This document shows, one piece after another, positions 30,601 through 45,400 of a stretch of DNA of 64,000 nt; the stretch's first letter is position 1; every line of letters starts with the position of its first letter. Both the position numbers and the translations under genes were made by a program. The stretch is from Bugula neritina (Eukaryota; Animalia; Bryozoa): positions 1,178,001-1,242,000 of the forward strand of contig CAXIUT010000230.1 of assembly GCA_964035545.1 (NCBI GenBank), given 5' to 3'. The notes beneath the pieces were generated by a model that saw only the letters and a program-made list of their open reading frames with translations, was not told the origin of the DNA and did no database searches.

Positions 30601-31980
30601 ATTGAATTACACTGCATCATACTGCAACATACTGAAAAACACTGGAACATATTGATATACACTGCAACTCATTGAAATAAACTGCAACACACTGCAACAT
30701 ACGGCAGCATACCGAAATATACTGCGACACCTTGAAAAATACCGCAACATACTGAAATATACTGCAAGTGGGGCAACATACTGAAATACACTGTGACATA
30801 CTGAAATACACTGCAACATACTGCAAGATACTGCAACGTACGGAAATACAGTGTAACTTATTGAATTACACTGAATCATACTGCAACATACTGAGATACA
30901 CTGGAACATATTGATATACACTGCAACACATTGAAATATACTGCAACACACTGAACCATATGACAACAAACCAAAATTTACTGCGACACACTGAAAAATT
31001 TTGCAACATATGAATTATACTTCAAGTGGTGCAACATTCTGAAATACAATGTGACACACTGAAATACACTGCAACATACTGCAACATACTGCAACATACT
31101 GAAATATTGTGCGACACATTGAAATATACTGCAACATATTGAAATATACTGTAACATACTGCAACATACTAAAATACACTGCAACATACTGAAATACATA
31201 GCAACACATTAAAATATACTGCGACATACTGAAACATACTGCAACATGCTGAAATATACTGCAACATACTGAAATACACTATAACATATTGAAATATACT
31301 GCAACATACTGAATTACACTCTAACATACTGAAATATGCAGTAGCATACTGAAATACACTGCAACACACTGAAGTATACTGTAATACACTGAAATGTAAT
31401 GCAACATACTGAATTATACTGCAACATAGTGCAACATACTGAAATACACTGTGACACACTAAAATACACTGAAACATAATGCAACATACTGCAACATACT
31501 GAAATACACTGTAACATATCGAAATACACTGCAACATACTGCAACATACTGCAACATACTGAAATACACCGTAACATATCGAAATACACTTCAACATACT
31601 GCAACATACTGAAATGCACCGGAACATAATGGAATACCCTGCAACACATTGAAATATACTGCAACAGACTGAAACATAAGGTAACACAATGAAGTATACT
31701 GCGACACATTAAAATATACTGCAACATACTGTAATAGACTGCAACATACTGAAATGTAATGTAATATACAGAAATGTACTGTAACATACTGAATTACACT
31801 CTAACATACTGAAATATGCTGTAGCATACTGAAATACACTGCAACACACTGAGGTATACTGTAATACACTGAAATGTGATGCAACATACTGAATTATACT
31901 GCAACATAGTGCAACATACTGAAATACACTACAACAATCTGCAACATACTGAAATACACCGGAACATATAGAAATACACT
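21661..31980. repeat. Copy 2 of the 10.3-kb tandem duplication, carrying an internal +411 bp duplication, a -390 bp deletion and a -1 bp deletion
   Basis: Same offsets as copy 1. The ATGATG-marked landmark is doubled at 27926 and 28337. The junction gaaatattct gcgacacatt gaaacatact near 28,490 skips the equivalent of 17,781-18,170. Confidence 0.9.
27068..27468. repeat. Island of strongly diverged decamer monomers (copy 2)
   Basis: The same motif starts at 27,229 (offset 10,298), with a few single-base differences, e.g. aacagac vs aacaaac and atggggc vs atgcggc. Confidence 0.85.
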
Positions 31981-34900
31981 GCGACACATTGAAACATACT
32001 GCAACATACTGAAATACACTGGGACACATTGAAATACACTGCAAAATACTGCAACATACTGCAACATACTGAAATACATTGCAACACATTAAAATATACT
32101 GCAACATACTGAAACCTACTGCAACATACTGAAATATACTGCAACACGCTGAAACATACGGCAACATACCGAAATAAACTGCGACACGTTGAAAATTACT
32201 GCAACATACTGAAATATACTGCGACGCCTTAAAATATACTGTAACATACTGAAATAGACTGCAAGTGGTGCAACATACTGAAATACACTGTGACGCACTG
32301 AAATACACTGCAACATACTGCAACATACTGCAACATACTGAAATATTGTGCGACACAATAAAATATACTGCAACATATCGAAATATACTGTAACATACTG
32401 CAACATACTAAAATACACTGCAACACATTAAAATATACTGCAACATACTGAAACATACTGCAACATACTGAAATACACTGTGACACCCTGAAATACACTG
32501 CAACATACTGCAACATACTGCAACATACTGAATTACACTACAACATACTGCAAGATACCGCAACCTACTGAAATACACTGAAACATATTGAAATACACTG
32601 CATCATACTGCAACATACTGAATTACACTGGAACATATTGATATACACTGCAACACATTGAAATATACTGCAACACACTGAAACATACGGCAATATACCA
32701 AAATATACTGCGACACCTTGAAAAATACTACAACATACGAAATATACTGCAAGTGGTGCAACATACTGAAATACAATGTGACACACTGGAATACACTGCA
32801 ACATACTGCAACATACTGCAACATACTGAAATACACTGTAACATATTGAATTACACTGCATCATACTGCAACATACTGAAAAACACTGGAACATATTGAT
32901 ATACACTGCAACTCATTGAAATATACTGCAACACACTGCAACATACGGCAGCATACCGAAATATACTGCGACACCTTGAAAAATACTGCAACATACTGAA
33001 ATATACTGCAAGTGGGGCAACATACTGAAATACGCTGTGACATACTGAAGTACACTGCAACATACTGCAAGATACTGCGCTGTACGGAAATACAGCGTAA
33101 CTTATTGAATTACACTGAATCATACTGCAACATACTGAGATACACTGGAACATATTGATATACACTGCAACACATTGAAATATACTGCAACACACTGAAC
33201 CATATGACAACATACCAAAATTTACTGCGACACACTGAAAAATTTTGCAACATACGAATTATACTTCAAGTGGTGCAACATTCTGAAATACAATGTGACA
33301 CACTGAAATACACTGCAACATACTGCAACATACTGCAACATACTGAAATATTGTGCGACACATTGAAATATACTGCAACATATTGAAATATACTGTAACA
33401 TACTGCAACATACTAAAATACACTGCAACATACTGAAATACATTGCAACACATTAAAATATACTGCAACATACTGAAACATACTGCAACATGCTGAAATA
33501 TACTGCAACATACTGAAATACACAATAACATATTGAAATATACTGCAACATACTGAATTACACTCTAACATACTGAAATATGCTGTAGCATACTGAAATA
33601 CACTGCAACACACTGAAGTATACTGTAATACACTGAAATGTAATGCAACATACTGAATTATACTGCAACATAGTGCAACATACTGAAATACACTGTGACA
33701 CACTGAAATACACTGAAACATAATGCAACATACTGCAACATACTGAAATACACTGTAACATATCGAAATACACTGCAACATACTGCAACATACTGCAACA
33801 TACTGAAATACACCGTAACATATCGAAATACACTTCAACATACTGCAACATACTGAAATGCACCGGAACATAATGGAATACCCTGCAACACATTGAAATA
33901 TACTGCAACAGACTGAAACATAAGGTAACACAATGAAGTATTCTGCGACACATTAAAATATACTGCAACATACTGTAATACACTGTAACATATCGAAATA
34001 CACTGCAACATACTGCAACATACTGCAACATACTGAAATACACTACAACGTACTGCAACATACTGAAATACACTGGAACATATTGAAATACACTGCGACA
34101 CATTGAAACATACTGCAACATACTGAAATATACTGCAAGATACTGCAACATACTGAAACAGACTGTGACATACTGAAATACACTGCAACATACTGCAAGA
34201 TACCGCAACCTACTGAAATACACTGAAACATATTGAAATACACTGCAACACATTGAAATATACTGCAACATACTGAAATACACTATAACATATTGAAACA
34301 TAATGCAACATACTGCAACATACTGAAATACACTGTAACATATCGAAATACACTGCAACATACTGCAACATACTGCAACATACTAAAATACACTGCAACA
34401 CATTAAAATATACTGCAACATACTGAAACATACTGCAACATGCTGAAATACACAGTGACACCCTGAAATACACTGCAACATACTGCAACATACTGCAACA
34501 TACTGAATTACACTGGAACATATTGATATACACTGCAACACATTGAAATATACTGCAACACACTGAACCATATGACAACATACCGAAGTTTACTGCGACA
34601 CACTGAAAAATTTTGCAACATACGAATTATACTTCAAGTGGTGCAACATTCTGAAATACAATGTGACACACTGAAATACACTGCAACATACTGCAACATA
34701 CTGCAACATACTGCAACATACTGAAATATTGTGCGACACATTGAAATATACTGCAACATATTGAAATATACTGTAACATGCTGCAACATACTAAAATACA
34801 CTGCAACATACTGAAATACATTGCAACACATTAAAATATACTGCGACATACTGAAACATACTGCAACATGCTGAAATATACTGCAACATACTGAAATACA

Positions 34901-35804
34901 CTATAACATATTGAAATATACTGCAACATACTGAATTACACTCTAACATACTGAAATATGCTGTAGCATACTGAAATACACTGCAACACACTGAAGTATA
35001 CTGTAATACACTGAAATGTAATGCAACATACTGAATTATACTGCAACATAGTGCAACATACTGAAATACACTGTGACACACTGAAATACACTGAAACATA
35101 ATGCAACATGCTGCAACATACTGAAATACACTGCAACAGACTGAAACATAAGGTAACACAATGAAGTATTCTGCGACACATTAAAATATACTGCAACATA
35201 CTGTAATACACTGTGACATATCGAAATACACTGCAACATACTGCAGCATACTGCAACATACTGAAATACACTACAACATACTGCAACATACTGAAATACA
35301 CTGGAACATATTGAAATACACTGCGACACATTGAAACATACTGCAACATACTGAAATATACTGCAAGATACTGCAACATACTGAAACAGACTGTGACATA
35401 CTGAAATACACTGCAACATACTGCAAGATACCGCAACCTACTGAAATACACTGAAACATATTGAAATACACTGCAACACATTGAAATATACTGCAACATA
35501 CTGAAATACACTATAACATATTGAAACATAATGCAACATACTGCAACATACTGTAATACACTGTAACATATCGAAATACACTGCAACATACTGCAACATA
35601 CTAAAATACACTGCAACACATTAGAATATACTGCAACATACTGAAACATACTGCAACATACTGAAATACACTGTGACACCCTGAAATACACTGCAACATA
35701 CTGCAACATACTGCAACATACTGAATTACACTGGAACATATTGATATACACTGCAACACATTGAAATATACTGCAACACACTGAAGTATACTGTAATACA
35801 CGGA

Positions 35805-38800
35805 AATGTGATGCAACATACTGAATTATACTGCAACATAGTGCAACATACTGAAATACACTACAACAAACTGCAACATACTGAAATACACTGGAACATA
35901 TTGAAATACACTGCGACACATTGAAACATACTGCAACATACTGAAATACACTGGGACACATTGAAATACACTGCAACATACTGCAACATACTGCAACATA
36001 CTGCAACATACTGAAATACATTGCAACACATTAAAATATACTGCAACATACTGAAACCTACTGCAACATACTGAAATATACTGCAACACACTGAAACATA
36101 CGGCAACATACCGAAATAAACTGCGACACGTTGAAAATTACTGCAACATACTGAAATATACTGCGACGCCTTAAAATATACTGCAACATACTGAAATAGA
36201 CTGCGAGTGGTGCAACATACTGAAATACACTGTGACACACTGAAATACACTGCAACATACTGCAACATACTGCAACATACTGAAATATTGTGCGACACAA
36301 TAAAATATACTGCAACATATCGAAATATACTGTAACATACTGCAACATACTAAAATACACTGCAACACATTAAAATATACTGCAACATACTGAAACATAC
36401 GGCAACATACCGAAATAAACTGCGACACGTTGAAAATTACTGCAACATACTGAAATATACTGCGACGCCTTAAAATATACTGCAACATACTGAAATAGAC
36501 TGCGAGTGGTGCAACATACTGAAATACACTGTGACACACTGAAATACACTGCAACATACTGCAACATACTGCAACATACTGAAATATTGTGCGACACAAT
36601 AAAATATACTGCAACATATCGAAATATACTGTAACATACTGCAACATACTAAAATACACTGCAACACATTAAAATATACTGCAACATACTGAAACATACT
36701 GCAACATACTGAAATACACTGTGACACCCTGAAATACACTGCAACATACTGCAACATACTGCAACATACTGAATTACACTGGAACATATTGATATACACT
36801 GCAACACATTGAAATATACTGCAACACACTGAACCATATGGCAACATACCGAAATTTACTGCGACACACTGAAAAATACTGCAACATACGAATTATACTT
36901 CACTTGGTACAACGTACTGAAATACAATGTGACACACTGAAACACACTGCAACATACTGCAACATACTGCAACATACTGAAATATTGTGCGACACATTGA
37001 AATATACTGCAACGTATTGAAATATACTGTAACATACTGCAACATACTTAAATACACTGCAACATACTGAAATACATTGCAACACATTAAAATATACTGC
37101 GACATACTGAAACATACTGCAACATGCTGAAATATACTGCAACATGCTGAAATACACTATAACATATTGAAATATACTGCAACATACTGAATTACACTCT
37201 AACATACTGAAATATGCTGTAGCATACTGAAATACACTGCAACACACTGAAGTATACTGTAATACACTGAAATGTAATGCAACATACTGAATTATACTGC
37301 AACATAGTGCAACATACTGAAATACACTGTGACACACTGAAATACACTGAAACATAATGCAACATACTGCAACATACTGAAATACGCTGTAACATATCGA
37401 AATGCACTGCAGCATACTGCAACATACTGCAACATACTGAAATACACCGTAACATATCGAAATACACTTCAACATACTGCAACATACTGAAATGCACCGG
37501 AACATAATGGAATACCCTGCAACACATTGAAATATACTGCAACAGACTGAAACATAAGGTAACACAATGAAGTATACTGCTACACATTAAAATATACTGC
37601 AACATACTGAAATAGACTGCAACATACTGAAATGTAATGTAATATACAGAAATGTACTGTAACATACTGAATTACACTCTAACATACTGAAATATGCTGT
37701 AGCATACTGAAATACACTGCAAAATACTGAAGTATACTGTAATACACTGAAATGTGATGCAACATACTGAATTATACTGCAACATAGTGCAACATACTGA
37801 AATACACTACAACAAACTGCAACATACTGAAATACACTGGAACATATTGAAATACACTGCGACACATTGAAACATACTGCAACATACTGAAATACACTGG
37901 GACACATTGAAATACACTGCAACATACTGCAACATACTGCAACATACTGCAACATACTGAAATACATTGCAACACATTAAAATATACTGCAACATACTGA
38001 AACCTACTGCAACATACTGAAATATACTGCAACACACTGAAACATACGGCAACATACCGAAATAAACTGCGACACGTTGAAAATTACTGCAACATACTGA
38101 AATATACTGCGACGCCTTAAAATATACTGCAACATACTGAAATAGACTGCGAGTGGTGCAACATACTGAAATACACTGTGACACACTGAAATACACTGCA
38201 ACATACTGCAACATACTGCAACATACTGAAATATTGTGCGACACAATAAAATATACTGCAACATATCGAAATATACTGTAACATACTGCAACATACTAAA
38301 ATACACTGCAACACATTAAAATATACTGCAACATACTGAAACATACGACAACATACCGAAATAAACTGCGACACGTTGAAAATTACTGCAACATACTGAA
38401 ATATACTGCGACGCCTTAAAATATACTGCAACATACTGAAATAGACTGCGAGTGGTGCAACATACTGAAATACACTGTGACACACTGAAATACACTGCAA
38501 CATACTGCAACATACTGCAACATACTGAAATATTGTGCGACACAATAAAATATACTGCAACATATCGAAATATACTGTAACATACTGCAACATACTAAAA
38601 TACACTGCAACACATTAAAATATACTGCAACATACTGAAACATACTGCAACATACTGAAATACACTGTGACACCCTGAAATACACTGCAACATACTGCAA
38701 CATACTGCAACATACTGAATTACACTGGAACATATTGATATACACTGCAACACATTGAAATATACTGCAACACACTGAACCATATGGCAACATACCGAAA

Positions 38801-39880
38801 TTTACTGCGACACACTGAAAAATACTGCAACATACGAATTATACTTCACTTGGTACAACGTACTGAAATACAATGTGACACACTGAAATACACTGCAACA
38901 TACTGCAACATACTGCAACATACTGAAATATTGTGCGACACATTGAAATATACTGCAACGTATTGAAATATACTGTAACATACTGCAACATACTTAAATA
39001 CACTGCAACATACTGAAATACATTGCAACACATTAAAGTATACTGCGACATACTGAAACATACTGCAACATGCTGAAATATACTGCAACATGCTGAAATA
39101 CACTATAACATATTGAAATATACTGCAACATACTGAATTACACTCTAACATACTGAAATATGCTGTAGCATACTGAAATACACTGCAACACACTGAAGTA
39201 TACTGTAATACACTGAAATGTAATGCAACATACTGAATTATACTGCAACATAGTGCAACATACTGAAATACACTGTGACACACTGAAATACACTGAAACA
39301 TAATGCAACATACTGCAACATACTGAAATACGCTGTAACATATCGAAATGCACTGCAGCATACTGCAACATACTGCAACATACTGAAATACACCGTAACA
39401 TATCGAAATACACTTCAACATACTGCAACATACTGAAATGCACCGGAACATAATGGAATACCCTGCAACACATTGAAATAAACTGCAACAGACTGAAACA
39501 TAAGGTAACACAATGAAGTATACTGCTACACATTAAAATATACTGCAACATACTGAAATAGACTGCAACATACTGAAATGTAATGTAATATACAGAAATG
39601 TACTGTAACATACTGAATTACACTCTAACATACTGAAATATGCTGTAGCATACTGAAATACACTGCAAAATACTGAAGTATACTGTAATACACTGAAATG
39701 TGATGCAACATACTGAATTATACTGCAACATAGTGCAACATACTGAAATACACTACAACAAACTGCAACATACTGAAATACACTGGAACATATTGAAATA
39801 CACTGCGACACATTGAAACATACTGCAACATACTGAAATACACTGGGACACATTGAAATACACTGCAACATACTGCAACA
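35805..39880. repeat. 1,946-bp tandem duplication (~2.1 copies), each copy containing a nested 299-bp tandem duplication
   Basis: Offsets 35826->37772, 36838->38784 and 37587->39533 are 1,946. Offsets 36171->36470 and 38117->38416 are 299. Private variants: cacttggtacaacg, ctgcgagtgg, ctgctacac. Confidence 0.88.
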
Positions 39881-39949
39881 TACTGCAACATACTGAAATA
39901 CATTGCAACACATTAAAATATACTGCAACATACTGAAACCTACTGCAAC

Positions 39950-42410
39950 ATACTGAAACCTACTGCAACATACTGAAATATACTGCAACACGCTGAAACA
40001 TACGGCAACATACCGAAATAAACTGCGACACGTTGAAAATTACTGCAACATACTGAAATATACTGCGACGCCTTAAAATATACTGCAACATACTGAAATA
40101 GACTGCAAGTGGTGCAACATACTGAAATACACTGTGACGCACTGAAATACACTGCAACATACTGCAACATACTGCAACATACTGAAATATTGTGCGACAC
40201 AATAAAATATACTGCAACATATCGAAATATACTGTAACATACTGCAACATACTAAAATACACTGCAACACATTAAAATATACTGCAACATACTGAAACAT
40301 ACTGCAACATACTGAAATACACTGTGACACCCTGAAATACACTGCAACATACTGCAACATACTGCAACATACTGAATTACACTGGAACATATTGATATAC
40401 ACTGCAACACATTGAAATATACTGCAACACACTGAACCATATGGCAACATACCGAAATTTACTGCGACACACTGAAAAATACTGCAACATACGAATTATA
40501 CTTCAAGTGGTACAACGTACTGAAAAACAATGTGACACACTGAAATACACTGCAACATACTGCAACATACTGAAATATTGTGCGACACATTGAAATATAC
40601 TGCAACGTATTGAAATATACTGTAACATACTGCAACATACTAAAATACACTGCAACATACTGAAATACATTGCAACACATTAAAATATACTGCGACATAC
40701 TGAAACATACTGCAACATGCTGAAATATTCTGCAACATACTGAAATACACTATAACATATTGAAATATACTGCAACATACTGAATTACACTCCAACATAC
40801 TGAAATATGCTGTAGCATACTGAAATACACTGCAACACACTGAAGTATACTGTAATACACTGAAATGTAATGCAACATACTGAATTATACTGCAACATAG
40901 TGCAACATACTGAAATACACTGTGACACACTGAAATACACTGAAACATAATGCAACCTACTGCAACATACTGAAATACACTGTAACATATCGAAATACAC
41001 CGCAACATACTGCAACATACTGCAACATACTGAAATACACTACAACATACTGCAAGATACCGCAACCTACTGAAATACACTGAAACATATTGAAATACAC
41101 TGCATCATACTGCAACATACTGAATTACACTGGAACATATTGATATACACTGCAACACATTGAAATATACTGCAACACACTGAAACATACGGCAATATAC
41201 CAAAATATACTGCGACACCATGAAAAATACTACAACATACGAAATATACTGCAAGTGGTGCAACATACTGAAATACAATGTGACACACTGGAATACACTG
41301 CAACATACTGCAACATACTGCAACATACTGAAATACATTGCAACACATTAAAATATACTGCAACATACTGAAACCTACTGCAACATACTGAAATATACTG
41401 CAACACGCTGAAACATACGGCAACATACCGAAATAAACTGCGACACGTTGAAAATTACTGCAACATACTGAAATATACTGCGACGCCTTAAAATATACTG
41501 CAATATACTGAAATAGACTGCAAGTGGTGCAACATACTGAAATACACTGTGACGCACTGAAATACACTGCAACATACTGCAACATACTGCAACATACTGA
41601 AATATTGTGCGACACAATAAAATATACTGCAACATATCGAAATATACTGTAACATACTGCAACATACTAAAATACACTGCAACACATTAAAATATACTGC
41701 AACATACTGAAACATACTGCAACATACTGAAATACACTGTGACACCCTGAAATACACTGCAACATACTGCAACATACTGCAACATACTGAATTACACTGG
41801 AACATATTGATATACACTGCAACACATTGAAATATACTGCAACACACTGAACCATATGGCAACATACCGAAATTTACTGCGACACACTGAAAAATACTGC
41901 AACATACGAATTATACTTCAAGTGGTACAACGTACTGAAAAACAATGTGACACAGTGAAATACACTGCAACATACTGCAACATACTGAAATATTGTGCGA
42001 CACATTGAAATATACTGCAACGTATTGAAATATACTGTAACATACTGCAACATACTAAAATACACTGCAACATACTGAAATACATTGCAACACATTAAAA
42101 TATACTGCGACATACTGAAACATACTGCAACATGCTGAAATATTCTGCAACATACTGAAATACACTATAACATATTGAAATATACTGCAACATACTGAAT
42201 TACACTCTAACATACTGAAATATGCTGTAGCATACTGAAATATACTGCAACACACTGAAGTATACTGTAATACACTGAAATGTAACGCAACATACTGAAT
42301 TATACTGCAACATAGTGCAACATACTGAAATACACTGTGACACACTGAAATACACTGAAACATAATGCAACATACTGCAACATACTGAAATACACTGTAA
42401 CATATCGAAA
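39950..42410. repeat. 1,415-bp-period tandem duplication (second copy partial)
   Basis: Offsets 39960->41375, 40073->41488, 40459->41874 and 40640->42055 are all 1,415. Private variants tgaaaaacaa and aatattctgc occur in both copies. Confidence 0.8.
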
Positions 42411-45400
42411 TACACTGCAACATACTGAAACATACTGCAACATACTGAAATACACCGTAACATATCGAAATACACTTCAACATACTGCAACATACTGAAA
42501 TGCACCGGAACATAATGGAATACCCTGCAACACATTGAAATATACTGCAACAGACTGAAACATAAGGTAACACAATGAAGTATACTGCGACACATTAAAA
42601 TATACTGCAACATACTGAAATAGACTGCAACATACTGAAATGTAATGTAATATACAGAAATGTACTGTAACATACTGAATTACACTCTAACATACCGAAA
42701 TATGCTGTAGCATACTGAAATACACTGCAACACACTGAAGTATACTGTAATACACTGAAATGTGATGCAACATACTGAATTATACTGCAACATAGTGCAA
42801 CATACTGAAATACACTACAACAAACTGCAACATACTGAAATACACTGGAACATATTGAAATACACTGCGACACATTGAAACATACTGCAACATACTGAAA
42901 TACACTGGGACACATTGAAATACACTGCAACATACTGCAACATACTGCAACATACTGAAATACATTGCAACACATTAAAATATACTGCAACATACTGAAA
43001 CCTACTGCAACATACTGAAATATACTGCAACACACTGAAACATACGGCAATATACCAAAATATACTGCGACACCTTGAAAAATACTGCAACATACGAAAT
43101 ATACTGCAAGTGGTGCAACATACTGAAATACAATGTGACACACTGGAATACACTGCAACATACTGCAACATACCGCAACATACTGAAATACACTGTAACA
43201 TATTGAATTACACTGCATCATACTGCAACATACTGAAAAACACTGGAACATATTGATATACACTGCAACTCATTGAAATATACTGCAACACACTGCAACA
43301 TACGGCAGCATACCGAAATATACTGCGACACCTTGAAAAATACTGCAACATACTGAAATATACTGCAAGTGGGGCAACATACTGAAATACACTGTGACAT
43401 ACTGAAATACACTGCAACATACTGCAGGATACTGCAACGTACGGAAATACAGTGTAACTTATTGAATTACACTGAATCATACTGCAACATACTGAGATAC
43501 ACTGGAACATATTGATATACACTGCAACACATTGAAATATACTGCAACACACTGAACCATATGACAACATACCAAAATTTACTGCGACACACTGAAAAAT
43601 TTTGCAACATACGAATTATACTTCAAGTGGTGCAACATTCTGAAATGCAATGTGACACACTGAAATACACTGCAACATACTGCAACATACTGCAACATAC
43701 TGAAATATTGTGCGACACATTGAAATATACTGCAACATATTGAAATATACTGTAACATACTGCAACATACTAAAATACACTGCAACATACTGAAATACAT
43801 AGCAACACATTAAAATATACTGCGACATACTGAAACATACTGCAACATGCTGAAATATACTGCAACATACTGAAATACACTATAACATATTGAAATATAC
43901 TGCAACATACTGAATTACACTCTAACATACTGAAATATGCTGTAGCATACTGAAATACACTGCAACACACTGAAGTATACTGTAATACACTGAAATGTAA
44001 TGCAACATACTGAATTATACTGCAACATAGTACAACATACTGAAATACACTGTGACACACTGAAACACACTGAAACATAATGCAACATACTGCAACATAC
44101 TGAAATACACTGTAACATATCGAAATACACTGCAACATACTGCAACATACTGCAACATACTGAAATACACCGTAACATATCGAAATACACTTCAACATAC
44201 TGCAACATACTGAAATGCACCGGAACATAATGGAATACCCTGCAACACATTGAAATATACTGCAACAGACTGAAACATAAGGTAACACAATGAAGTATAC
44301 TGCGACACATTAAAATATACTGCAACATACTGTAATAGACTGCAACATACTGAAATGTAATGTAATATACAGAAATGTACTGTAACATACTGAATTACAC
44401 TCTAACATACTGAAATATGCTGTAGCATACTGAAATACACTGCAACACACTGAGGTATACTGTAATACACTGAAATGTGATGCAACATACTGAATTATAC
44501 TGCAACATAGTGCAACATACTGAAATACACTACAACAATCTGCAACATACTGAAATACACCGGAACATATAGAAATACACTGCGACACATTGAAACATAC
44601 TGCAACATACTGAAATACACTGGGACACATTGAAATACACTGCAAAAGACTGCAACATACTGCAACATACTGAAATACATTGCAACACATTAAAATATAC
44701 TGCAACATACTGAAACATACTGAAATATACTGCAACACACTGAAACATACGGCAACATACCGAAATAAACTGCGACACGTTGAAAATTACTGCAAAATAC
44801 TGAAATATACTGCGACGCCTTAAAATATACTGCAACATACTGAAATAGACTGCAAGTGGTGCAACATACTGAAATGCCTTGTGACACACTGAAATACACT
44901 GCAACATACTGCAACATACTGAAATATTGTGCGACACAATAAAATATACTGCAACATATTGAAATATACTGTAACATACTGCAACATACTAAAATACACT
45001 GCAACACATTAAAATATACTGCAACATACTGAAACATACTGCAACATACTGAAATACACTGTGACACCCTGAAATACACTGCAACATACTGCAACATACT
45101 GCAACATACTGAATTACACTGGAACATATTGATATACACTGCAACACATTGAAATATACTGCAACACACTGAACCATATGGCAACATACCGAAATTTACT
45201 GCGACACACTGAAAAATACTGCAACATACGAATTATACTTCAAGTGGTACAACATACTGAAATACAATGTGACACACTGAAATGCACTGCAACATACTGC
45301 AACATTCTGCAACATACTGAAATATTGTGCGACACATTGAAATGTACTGCAACGTATTGAAATATACTGTAACATACTGCAACATACTAAAATACACTGC

